DNA from: Bacteroidia bacterium
GTDB taxonomy: Bacteria; Bacteroidota; Bacteroidia; UKL13-3
DNA: 64,000 nucleotides
Assembly: GCA_018058135.1 (NCBI GenBank)
Contig: JAGPCK010000010.1
Coordinates: forward strand, 108-64,107
Direction: 5' to 3'
Part shown: positions 27,091 to 35,736 of the stretch, piece after piece
Position numbering within the stretch: position 1 is the first letter of the stretch
How the letters are laid out: each line of letters starts with the position of its first letter
Notes under the pieces: generated by a model
Databases searched by the model: none
The model's input: only the letters and a program-made list of their open reading frames with translations
What the model was told of the DNA's origin: nothing
Made by a program: the position numbers and the translations under genes

Positions 27091-29109
27091 TTAAGCTAGA
27101 GGAAGTGTAAAGTAAAAATCAGATCCCTTTCCTTCTTCTGAGGTCAGATAAAGAGTTCCCCCGTTTCGATCTATAAAATCTTTGCAAAGAGAGAGACCAA
27201 GGCCAATGCCTTTTTCATTGTTTGTGCCATAAGTTGATTGTACATTTTCAAATTTAAAAAGTTGCTCTTTTTTATCTGCACTCATTCCAATTCCGCTATC
27301 CTTAACATGCACTTCTGCTAAATCATCTTTTTGTATACAAAAAATGGATATTGTATCTGATTTTTTACTGAATTTGATGGCATTAGATATAAGGTTACGA
27401 AGTACAAGTGTTACCATTTCTTTATCAGCTGAGACCTTTGCCATATCTGAGTTGTCGATTTGCAAAATTATACCTTTGTGCTGGGCCTGAGGTAGCATAA
27501 GCTTTACGGTAGTGTCAATACATTCAGTCAGCAGGAAAGGTTCTTTGTTTACCTCAATCCCGTTGAGTTGGGTATTGGCCCAAAAAAGCATGTTGTCAAG
27601 CAGATTCAACGTGTGGTCAATTTCATTTTGTACTGTTTGAACAATGTTTTTTTCCTCTTCGGATGAAATTAGTCCTTGCTCAAAAAGGCCGAGAGTAGAT
27701 TTTACCGAGGCTAAAGGACCACGGTAATCGTGTGAAATAATGGAAAAAAGTTTATCTTTTACTTTATTTGATTCATCCAGATTTTGTGAAGAAATCTTAA
27801 GTTCAAGATTTATACGGTCGCGTTGTTTAATTGTTTTACGCAAGGCGAAAAGCAGGAAAATCATTATCAATAAAGCCAAAGAAACAACTAGAATAACAAT
27901 ATTCTGTTTTTTTACAGCATCATGTGAACTGGCTATCTCAACATCTTTCATTTCAACATCTTTAGTCAGTTCTTTTTTCTCTAACTGCGACTTTTCTAAA
28001 TCGAACCTTACAGCCATTTCAGCTATATTGAGCAACTGTTCCTGTTGATATATGCTGTCTTTATAAAGTAATGCTTCACGCACCAGTTTATTGGCCATTC
28101 GATAGTCACCCTGTGCCTCATAGGTTTCTGAAAGTGTAGAAAGAACGTTAACCAAATGTTCTCTTAAATCAAGGTTGCGGGCAATGGCCATTGCTTTGTT
28201 TCCTGCTTCAAGGGCCATCGGATAATTTTGCATTTGATTGTAGGTTTCGGCTATACCTAATAGTGAGAAAGATTGTCCTCGTTTGTCTCCTGATTTTTCT
28301 TTGAGTTGTAATGCAATGTTAAAGGCCGATAAGGCATCTTTGTAACGGCCCTGTTGCAAAAAGATATCAGCCATATTATTTAAACTGGCTCCATGAGCTT
28401 TAACGTCTCCAGTTTCTTCACGAAGTTGTAAAGCTAGCCGGTGGTAAAACAAGGCAGAGTCTAACTGATGTTTACCTTGATAAAGTAAACCTATGTTATT
28501 GTATACTGAGCTTATTTTTGTTTTGTTTCCTGTTTTCAATCGTATTTTTAAGGCATCATTGTAATAGTGCAAGGCATTGTCATATTGTTTTTGCTTGTCA
28601 TAAATGAGCCCGATGTTATTTAGGATGCTGCTGTAAAACTCAGAATTAAGTGTCTTAGGGTATATTTTCTCCGCTTCAAGGTAGGAGTGTAATGCTTTGT
28701 CGTATATGCCCTGCAGGTAAAAAATCACTCCGAAGTTGTTGTGTGCATCGGCCATACCTTCTTTATCATCTATTTCGGTGAATAGCTCCAGTGCATCTCC
28801 GTAAAAGGAGATAGCTTTTTTATATTCTCCTGAATATTCATAAAGGACACCGTAGTTTTTTAGTGAAGTTGCAATACCCTTTTTGTAACTCATTTTGCGA
28901 GCCATTTGCAATGCTTCCGACAGGTGATTAACCGCTTTGGCTGAATCTATATTCAAGTAAATATAACCCAATTGATTGAGGGTTTTGACACGGTTGGTGT
29001 CACTTAGATTAGTTTTCAAGAGTAGTTCCAAACTGTCTTTGTCCTGTGCGAGGCTATTGAGTGAGACGCAGGTTAGAAGAAGGAGAAGTATGATATTGCG
29101 CACTTGCAT
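27091..29109 (-). CDS. TPR-repeat sensor histidine kinase
   Basis: 672 aa. Signal peptide, about 8 TPR-like repeats, one TM segment, H-box FSIISHDYRGPL, and HATPase N/G boxes (NLISNAIKFS, DSGIGM, GIGLGLS). Confidence 0.85.
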   Translation of the reverse strand: MQVRNIILLLLLTCVSLNSLAQDKDSLELLLKTNLSDTNRVKTLNQLGYIYLNIDSAKAVNHLSEALQMARKMSYKKGIATSLKNYGVLYEYSGEYKKAISFYGDALELFTEIDDKEGMADAHNNFGVIFYLQGIYDKALHSYLEAEKIYPKTLNSEFYSSILNNIGLIYDKQKQYDNALHYYNDALKIRLKTGNKTKISSVYNNIGLLYQGKHQLDSALFYHRLALQLREETGDVKAHGASLNNMADIFLQQGRYKDALSAFNIALQLKEKSGDKRGQSFSLLGIAETYNQMQNYPMALEAGNKAMAIARNLDLREHLVNVLSTLSETYEAQGDYRMANKLVREALLYKDSIYQQEQLLNIAEMAVRFDLEKSQLEKKELTKDVEMKDVEIASSHDAVKKQNIVILVVSLALLIMIFLLFALRKTIKQRDRINLELKISSQNLDESNKVKDKLFSIISHDYRGPLASVKSTLGLFEQGLISSEEEKNIVQTVQNEIDHTLNLLDNMLFWANTQLNGIEVNKEPFLLTECIDTTVKLMLPQAQHKGIILQIDNSDMAKVSADKEMVTLVLRNLISNAIKFSKKSDTISIFCIQKDDLAEVHVKDSGIGMSADKKEQLFKFENVQSTYGTNNEKGIGLGLSLCKDFIDRNGGTLYLTSEEGKGSDFYFTLPLA

Positions 29110-31256
29110 TACATGCCTATCTCTTTAAGAACATGGTCGGCTTTGGCTACTTTTTGAAGTACCCACAATACGTAACGGATGTCAACGCCAACGGAACGAC
29201 TGTAATTTTCGTTCCAGGCATAATCGTTAATGGTAGCAGTAAATGCTCGGTCAAAGTTTACACCTATCAGATTTCCGTCAGCATCCAGAATAGGACTGCC
29301 GGAGTTGCCTCCCGTAGTGTCAAGATTGTATAGGAAATCAACTGGAACTTCGCCTAACTGAGCATGAGCATATGCTCCCCAATCTTTTGAACGATATAGT
29401 TCTTTGATAATTTCCAACATGGCATACTCATCGTTATCCTCTTTCTCCAATATGCCTTTAATGGTTGTGAATGGTTTGTGGTATTCGCCATCCTGCGGTC
29501 GGTAGCCGCGCACATAGCCATAGGTAAAACGTAAAGTGCCGTTGGCATCAGGTATAAAGGACGATTGCTTCCATTTTTGTTTTACCTCTACGTACCTCGA
29601 CATAAGTGTTTTCAAATCAGCATCGCGTTTAGTATCGGTTTCATCTTGTGTAATGAAGACTTCATTGATTACACCGGCTAACTCAATAAGCGGGTCTTTA
29701 AATGTGAAAACTTTTTCAGGAGACTCTTTCATTAATTTAAGGCAGGCAGTAGCGTCTTTTAACTTGCTTTTTTCAACAGCTTTATCTACCCAGTCATTTA
29801 CTGATTTTTCAATGTTGCTGTTCTTGATTTTTATTTTTGCGCGAATAGGATCAAGACGTGTATCATTGATACGATATGCATCAACCAGCATTTTCTTCAA
29901 CACCGTTTTATCTACATCAGCATCAAAGTAATTGTAGCTGCGGGAGAAGCCATTTTTTAAATCATTTCCCTTACTTTTTAAGAATTCTTTTTGCTCTTCT
30001 TTGGTCAGTACTTTCATGTACTTGTCGTACTTGGCAATAAAACTGGCGGCATTAATCAGGCCCGATGCTCCGTAAATGTTGTCTATCCATAGGTTCAAAG
30101 GTGCATCTTTAAAAATGTCAGAATAGATAGCGTCAATTCGTGGCAACACATCACCGTAGAGATAAGTGAGTTCACGGTCGTTTTTGATGTAAGTACTGAG
30201 CATTTTTTCTTCTGCTCTTTTTTCTTCAGCTAACTGTGTGCGTTTGAAACCTTGAAGTTTGCCTTTGTAGTTTTTGGTTACGTTGGCCAGGCTTTTAATT
30301 TTGGAAGAAAAGAATATTTGTTTGCTACGGCTGTTTTTGCCTGCTTCCTGCATGGCTTTAATCTGGAAGTCGTACAGCGAAGAAATGAATGGCAACATGT
30401 AGTTTTGGTGGTATTCAAAAAATCCGGCAGGATAGTGCCTGAATGTTCGGCCAGGGTAGCCCAGAATGAAAATGAAATCATTCTCGTTTACCCCCTTCGG
30501 ATTAATTTTCAAATGTTGAACAGGTTGGTACGGAACATTATCTTTGGAATAAGCTGCAGCTTTTCCGTCTTTTCCTACATAAGCTCTAAGTACTGCAAAG
30601 TCACCGGAATGGCGTGGCCACACCCAGTTATCACCCTCACCGCCAAACTCGCCAATGCTGCGCGGAGGAACATAAACTAAGCGCACATCTTTGAGTAATT
30701 TATAACGGAAGAGTACATAGGTTCGTCCAATGAACATTTCTGATATCTCACTTTGTAAGTCGGGGTATTTTTTGCGTTCAACTTCCAGTATGGACTCTAC
30801 AGCATCTTCAATCAGTTTTTTTCTTTTTAAGGGGTCTGTCTCCGTTTTAGAACTGCTTAAAACTTTTTCCGAGACGTCTTCATACGATGCGGTAATTTTA
30901 CATACCAAACCTCCGGCTAAACGCTCTTCACTTTTATCTTTTGCCAGAAAGCCGTTTTTGATGTAGTCGTTTACCGAATCACTGATGTTGGCTACAAAAC
31001 TGAATGCACAGTGGTGATTGGTAATGATAAGTCCGTCAGGCGAAATGAAGGAGCCGGTGCAGCCTCCCACACGAACAATAGCATCCATAATGCTGGCTCC
31101 ATTGGGATTGTATAATTGCTGGAATGGTATTCTTAGTCCCGCCTTTTTTAAATCCAGTTTGGAGAGTTCGGAGAGCGGAAACATTCCCTCATCTGTTTTG
31201 GCGGAAGTGAAAAGAACCACAGCCAAAGTGAATATCAGTAAACGTGTACGATTCAT
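29109..31256 (-). CDS. S46-family dipeptidyl-peptidase (DPP7/DPP11-like)
   Basis: GCTGSFISPDGLIITNHHCA catalytic-His region and C-terminal TTGGNSGSP catalytic Ser. I prefer the ATG at 31256 (MNRTRLLIFTLAVVLF signal peptide). Confidence 0.85.
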   Translation of the reverse strand: MNRTRLLIFTLAVVLFTSAKTDEGMFPLSELSKLDLKKAGLRIPFQQLYNPNGASIMDAIVRVGGCTGSFISPDGLIITNHHCAFSFVANISDSVNDYIKNGFLAKDKSEERLAGGLVCKITASYEDVSEKVLSSSKTETDPLKRKKLIEDAVESILEVERKKYPDLQSEISEMFIGRTYVLFRYKLLKDVRLVYVPPRSIGEFGGEGDNWVWPRHSGDFAVLRAYVGKDGKAAAYSKDNVPYQPVQHLKINPKGVNENDFIFILGYPGRTFRHYPAGFFEYHQNYMLPFISSLYDFQIKAMQEAGKNSRSKQIFFSSKIKSLANVTKNYKGKLQGFKRTQLAEEKRAEEKMLSTYIKNDRELTYLYGDVLPRIDAIYSDIFKDAPLNLWIDNIYGASGLINAASFIAKYDKYMKVLTKEEQKEFLKSKGNDLKNGFSRSYNYFDADVDKTVLKKMLVDAYRINDTRLDPIRAKIKIKNSNIEKSVNDWVDKAVEKSKLKDATACLKLMKESPEKVFTFKDPLIELAGVINEVFITQDETDTKRDADLKTLMSRYVEVKQKWKQSSFIPDANGTLRFTYGYVRGYRPQDGEYHKPFTTIKGILEKEDNDEYAMLEIIKELYRSKDWGAYAHAQLGEVPVDFLYNLDTTGGNSGSPILDADGNLIGVNFDRAFTATINDYAWNENYSRSVGVDIRYVLWVLQKVAKADHVLKEIGM

Positions 31257-31290
31257 ATTAATTTCAGAAAAGGCAAATATACTTGCCCGT

Positions 31291-32133
31291 TCACACAATT
31301 GCGCTATTCAAAGCGCTTAAAAGATTCCGGCTCAGGCTTTGTTCATAGTGCTTATCCAGCAGGTTATCTACCCACTGAATTCCACGGGAGGCATTGGTCA
31401 GAAAAATTTCATCAGCATCCAGCAGGTAGTCAAATGTAAGAACGCCCTCATTTACCTCAATTGATTGCTGATGAGCCAGCTCAATTATCTTTTTACGCAT
31501 AATGCCCATAATGCAACCCTGATTGGCAGCGGGGGTAAACATTTTGCCTTTTTTTACTACAAAAACATTAGCACTTATAGCTTCAGCTATACAGCCCTTT
31601 TGATTCAGTATAAGGCACTCATCTAGTTGTTGTTCGTTTTTGTACAAACCTGCCAAAACATACAATAGGGCATTGTTCGTTTTGTAATTGGACAAGGAGG
31701 TGCAACTTTTAAACTGGCCCGTATAGATACCTAATTTTAATCCAGATTCATTGAAAGAGTAATGCGGCTCAGGATTTTCAGTGGCTTCGATAAAGTATCC
31801 GGTGCTGTTTTTCTCTGGGGCATAAAACCCATCACCCTTTCGGTAAACACAAAAACGAAGTCTGGCATTTTTAAAGGCATTGCTGGCCAGCAGGTAATGG
31901 GCTTGCTCACTGAAACGTTCGAAAGGTAATACGTCTTCCAAAGGCAGCCGCAATAATCGGGCGCCTGAATAAAGCCTGTTGTAATGCTCAGCTATCCACA
32001 TTATTTTGCCGTTACAAGCCCGCATACTTTCAAAAAGACCATCTCCGTAGCGGAGAATCCGTTCAGTTACAGGAAAAACCAATTCATCCTCAGCACACAC
32101 GTTTCCGTTAAAATTAATCAATCGCGTTTTCAC
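31291..32133 (-). CDS. class IV aminotransferase-fold protein (aminodeoxychorismate lyase-like)
   Basis: 280 aa. ...RYGDGLFES... and typical fold-type IV spacing. Confidence 0.6.
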   Translation of the reverse strand: MKTRLINFNGNVCAEDELVFPVTERILRYGDGLFESMRACNGKIMWIAEHYNRLYSGARLLRLPLEDVLPFERFSEQAHYLLASNAFKNARLRFCVYRKGDGFYAPEKNSTGYFIEATENPEPHYSFNESGLKLGIYTGQFKSCTSLSNYKTNNALLYVLAGLYKNEQQLDECLILNQKGCIAEAISANVFVVKKGKMFTPAANQGCIMGIMRKKIIELAHQQSIEVNEGVLTFDYLLDADEIFLTNASRGIQWVDNLLDKHYEQSLSRNLLSALNSAIV

Positions 32134-32741
32134 TTGTTCACTTTTAAACGGTACACGTAATGGTGGATATATGGTGGGCAGGGGCGTATACTACCGGCAA
32201 AAGTTATTTCCAGATTTTTGCCTTTAAATAGCTGGAGGTAGTGTTTATTAGAACGAAAGTGCAAGGGTACCGGAATACCTTTTTTCATTTTATTGAAAAA
32301 CCAATCCTGAGCCGAAATAATAATTTTATCAGGTATGTTCAGGTACATTTCTTCTACCAGAATAATGCTGCCTCCGGATTTAGTGCAACGTATCAGTTCA
32401 TCCATATAAAACTCAGGACTAAACGTGTGGTGCATGGCCGATGCGGCTATGGAAGCATCAAATGTACTGTCAGCAAAGGGGAGTGCATCTTGTTTGTTTT
32501 CAATAAAGCTGAATCGCTTATTCAGGTCGTTTTGATTCAGATTCTGGTCGGGCACAACGTCTACCCCCACGATGGAGATGGCCGGCTTTTGCTCCAGCAC
32601 TTCCAATGCAGTGTATCCGTTTCCGCAGCCAAAATCAAGTACCTCACCTGAATCGGGTAGAAGGGGTGCAATGTATCGGGCAATGTTGATGCTCCGTTGG
32701 CGAGATAATTTTTTGTAAAAGGGTAAAGAGGCAATAAACAC
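32130..32741 (-). CDS. class I SAM-dependent methyltransferase
   Basis: 203 aa. Motif I VLDFGCGNG. 4-nt overlap with the downstream gene. Confidence 0.75.
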   Translation of the reverse strand: MFIASLPFYKKLSRQRSINIARYIAPLLPDSGEVLDFGCGNGYTALEVLEQKPAISIVGVDVVPDQNLNQNDLNKRFSFIENKQDALPFADSTFDASIAASAMHHTFSPEFYMDELIRCTKSGGSIILVEEMYLNIPDKIIISAQDWFFNKMKKGIPVPLHFRSNKHYLQLFKGKNLEITFAGSIRPCPPYIHHYVYRLKVNK

Positions 32742-32855
32742 CCTTCAAAGATTCCATTTTTTTGTGAGATTAACACACGATTCAATTTATGTTGCTGTAA
32801 TTCAGAGGTGAATATAAGCCAATACCTAAAGTGCCTCATTATTTGGATTAAGTAT

Positions 32856-32863
32856 TACTTTTG
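32856..32863 (+). promoter_or_regulatory. candidate -7 box
   Basis: tacttttg, 33 nt upstream of the ATG at 32897. Confidence 0.4.
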
Positions 32864-32896
32864 CCGCAAAAGAAAATTCTAACACAATTGTATATC

Positions 32897-34075
32897 ATGA
32901 AAGAAGTATTTATTGTATCGGCTGTAAGAACGCCAATGGGAAGTTTTTCAGGAAGTTTATCTGCTTTAACTGCCCCGCAATTGGGAGCAGCGGCTATAAA
33001 ATCAGCCATGGAAAAAGCGGGTATTGATGGAAGCCAAGTAAATGAAGTGTACATGGGTAATGTGCTTTCAGCAGGTGTCGGACAAGCCCCTGCCACACAA
33101 GCCATGATATTTGCCGGATTGCCGAATACAATTCCTTCTACCACAGTAAATAAAGTATGTGCCTCAGGTACTAAAGCAATTATGTTGGCAGCACAATCCA
33201 TTATGTTAGGACAAAATGAAGTAGTGGTTGCCGGAGGAATGGAAAGCATGTCAAACGTACCTTACTACTTAGATAAAGCCCGTAACGGATACCGCTTAGG
33301 TAACGGTACTGTAATTGACGGGTTAATAAAAGACGGTTTGTGGGATGTTTACAACGACTACCACATGGGCAATGCTGCAGAGTTGTGTGCAAAAAAGTGT
33401 AACGTCTCCCGTGAAGATCAGGATGCCTACGCTATTGAGTCTTATAAACGCTCAGCCGCTGCTCATGCTGCGGGTAAGTTTGACCGTGAGATGGTACCTT
33501 TAGAAATTCCGGTGCGTGGTAAAGATCCTGTTGTGGTAAAAGCCGATGAAGATTTTACTAAGGTGAATTTTGATAAAATACCTGGTCTTAAACCTGTATT
33601 TATAAAAGACGGTACTGTAACTGCAGCCAACGCGTCAGCGTTGAATGATGGTGCTGCCGCTCTGGTTTTGATGAGCAAAGAAGCGGTGGAACGTACAGGT
33701 GCAAAACCTTTGGCCAAAATTTTATCTTTTGCTGATGCTGCTCAGGCTCCTGAGTGGTTTACCATGGCGCCATCCAAAGCTATTCCATTAGCATTGCAGC
33801 GTGCAGGAAAAAGCACTACCGATGTAGATTTTTACGAAATCAACGAGGCTTTCTCTGTGGTTTCTGTTGCAAATAACCGCGAAATGAAACTAGATCCGGC
33901 CAAAGTGAATGTTTACGGAGGTGCAGTATCGCTTGGTCATCCTTTGGGTTGCAGTGGTGCACGTATAGTGGTTACACTTATTTCAGTTCTTCATCAGGAG
34001 GGCGGAAAAGTGGGAGCCGCAGGTATTTGTAACGGAGGCGGAGGAGCATCAGCTATTGTGATTGAAAAGGTATAA
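32897..34075 (+). CDS. acetyl-CoA C-acetyltransferase (thiolase II)
   Basis: MKEVFIVSAVRTPMGSF..., active-site VNKVCASG, and C-terminal GICNGGGGASA. Internal ATG preferred. Confidence 0.93.
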   Translation: MKEVFIVSAVRTPMGSFSGSLSALTAPQLGAAAIKSAMEKAGIDGSQVNEVYMGNVLSAGVGQAPATQAMIFAGLPNTIPSTTVNKVCASGTKAIMLAAQSIMLGQNEVVVAGGMESMSNVPYYLDKARNGYRLGNGTVIDGLIKDGLWDVYNDYHMGNAAELCAKKCNVSREDQDAYAIESYKRSAAAHAAGKFDREMVPLEIPVRGKDPVVVKADEDFTKVNFDKIPGLKPVFIKDGTVTAANASALNDGAAALVLMSKEAVERTGAKPLAKILSFADAAQAPEWFTMAPSKAIPLALQRAGKSTTDVDFYEINEAFSVVSVANNREMKLDPAKVNVYGGAVSLGHPLGCSGARIVVTLISVLHQEGGKVGAAGICNGGGGASAIVIEKV

Positions 34076-34115
34076 CTGTACCAAATAGTCACAATCTTTC
34101 GTTAATCGGGTGAAT

Positions 34116-35000
34116 ATGATAAAAAAGATACTTCTGGTATGTTTGACTTTACCAGTTTTTTCTGCTTTTGCGCAGAAACGTATTGATTCACTTCAAGTAG
34201 ATTCCTTGCGCGACATGGAAATTCAGTTGCAAGGATTGTCACAAGAGTTTGTAAACTCACCCGATGAACGTACTCGTGTTAGCAGTGCTTACTATTTTGT
34301 AAAGACAATGGCCAGAGCTATGCGAACCCGTGGCTCGTATGAGTATCGCTTTGATTCCATTAAGTCGGTTTCTGTTTTGCGTGCTCCCGATAATTTGTTC
34401 AGAGTTTTTACCTGGCATTTGCGATTGGATAATGGTGTTTACCGTCAGTATGGTGTACTTCAAATGAATCCTGATAAATACCCCGGAAAAGGAATGGAGG
34501 AACGGGATGATTTGCGCATGTATTATCCGCTTATTGATCGTTCAGATAGTGTGTCGCATCCTGCTGATACACTACTCAGTCCTGAGTTTTGGTTCGGGGC
34601 TTTGTACTACAATATCATTCAGCGAAAAGTAGGTAAACAAACATTTTACTTTCTTTTCGGATACGATGGCAACGGTAAGGTGGGAGATAAAAAACTGGTT
34701 GACGTGCTCACATTTACAGATGGCAAGCCTCAATTCGGAGCACCCTTATTTCAGGTGAAAGGAAAAGTAAAAACCCGTTTTATCATAATATACAATCAGG
34801 AAGCCTCCGTATCTATTCGGTATTTACCCAAAGACAATATCATAACTTATGATCACCTGATGTCTCCATCTATGAAAGATTTTCAGGTCCCTGAGTTGTA
34901 CATTCCTGATGGTACCTACGATTACATGGAATGGAAGGACAACATGTGGGTAGAACACGAGTTGTTGTTTGATAAGAAAAAACTGAAAACTAAAGAGTAG
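34116..35000 (+). CDS. secreted hypothetical protein
   Basis: ~294 aa. Signal peptide MIKKILLVCLTLPVFSAFAQ. No recognised motif. Confidence 0.55.
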   Translation: MIKKILLVCLTLPVFSAFAQKRIDSLQVDSLRDMEIQLQGLSQEFVNSPDERTRVSSAYYFVKTMARAMRTRGSYEYRFDSIKSVSVLRAPDNLFRVFTWHLRLDNGVYRQYGVLQMNPDKYPGKGMEERDDLRMYYPLIDRSDSVSHPADTLLSPEFWFGALYYNIIQRKVGKQTFYFLFGYDGNGKVGDKKLVDVLTFTDGKPQFGAPLFQVKGKVKTRFIIIYNQEASVSIRYLPKDNIITYDHLMSPSMKDFQVPELYIPDGTYDYMEWKDNMWVEHELLFDKKKLKTKE

Positions 35001-35736
35001 TTTTTTGTTCAAAGTGGTCACATAGTATTGCTGTGGCCACAGCAGCGTTCAGTGATTCTGCACCACCTTTTCCCGGAATGTGTAAAGGACGGTTAATTAG
35101 ATGCACTATTTCTTTGCTGATGCCCTTGCCTTCATTTCCTATAATTAAAAATGCCGGAGTTTGAAGTGGAGCGGTATATACCGATTCGCCATTCAATAAG
35201 GCCCCATATACCGGAATGTTCTCGTACTTATTCAGCAGTTCAGCAATGTCTCCGTAAACAATATTTACCCGTCCTATGGAACCCATGGTGGAGTCTACTA
35301 CTTTCGGGTTGTAGGCATCAACTGTATCTGAACTGCAAAAAATATTTTGAATTCCGTACCAGTCGGCAGTGCGGATTATTGTACCCAAATTACCTGGGTC
35401 CTGCAGGTTATCTAAAACCAAAGTCAGTGAACCAGAATCGAGATTAAGCGTATTTTTCGGGATATGAACCAGCATTATAACTTGCTGTGGAGCATTATGC
35501 CGGCTAAGTTTTTCCAGTTCTTTTTGAGTTACAATTACACAATCGCATCCTTCAGGTATAATTTGTGTATATTGCTCCAACCAATCGGCTGTGGCGTATA
35601 TGCTGTTTATCCTTATTTTTGAACCAATGATATCACGGCAGGTTTTGTCTCCTTCAGCTATAAACAGCCCTTGCTGTTGCCGCTCTTTCTTTTCAGACAG
35701 TGAGCGTATCCGTTTAATGTCATTTTTACTTAGCAT
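34990..35736 (-). CDS. TrmH/SpoU-family RNA 2'-O-methyltransferase
   Basis: 248 aa. SPOUT motifs LVLDNLQDPGNLGTIIRTA, LIIGNEGKGIS and SLNAAVATAI. Confidence 0.85.
   Translation of the reverse strand: MLSKNDIKRIRSLSEKKERQQQGLFIAEGDKTCRDIIGSKIRINSIYATADWLEQYTQIIPEGCDCVIVTQKELEKLSRHNAPQQVIMLVHIPKNTLNLDSGSLTLVLDNLQDPGNLGTIIRTADWYGIQNIFCSSDTVDAYNPKVVDSTMGSIGRVNIVYGDIAELLNKYENIPVYGALLNGESVYTAPLQTPAFLIIGNEGKGISKEIVHLINRPLHIPGKGGAESLNAAVATAILCDHFEQKTTL

Noticed and set aside
32848-33249. 133-aa antisense ORF across the thiolase 5' region. Similar long antisense ORFs occur at 5929..6354, 25178..25555, 30252..30680, 57641..58072 and 60315..60833.
   Set aside because: Each lies fully inside a confidently assigned gene on the other strand and has no recognisable motif.
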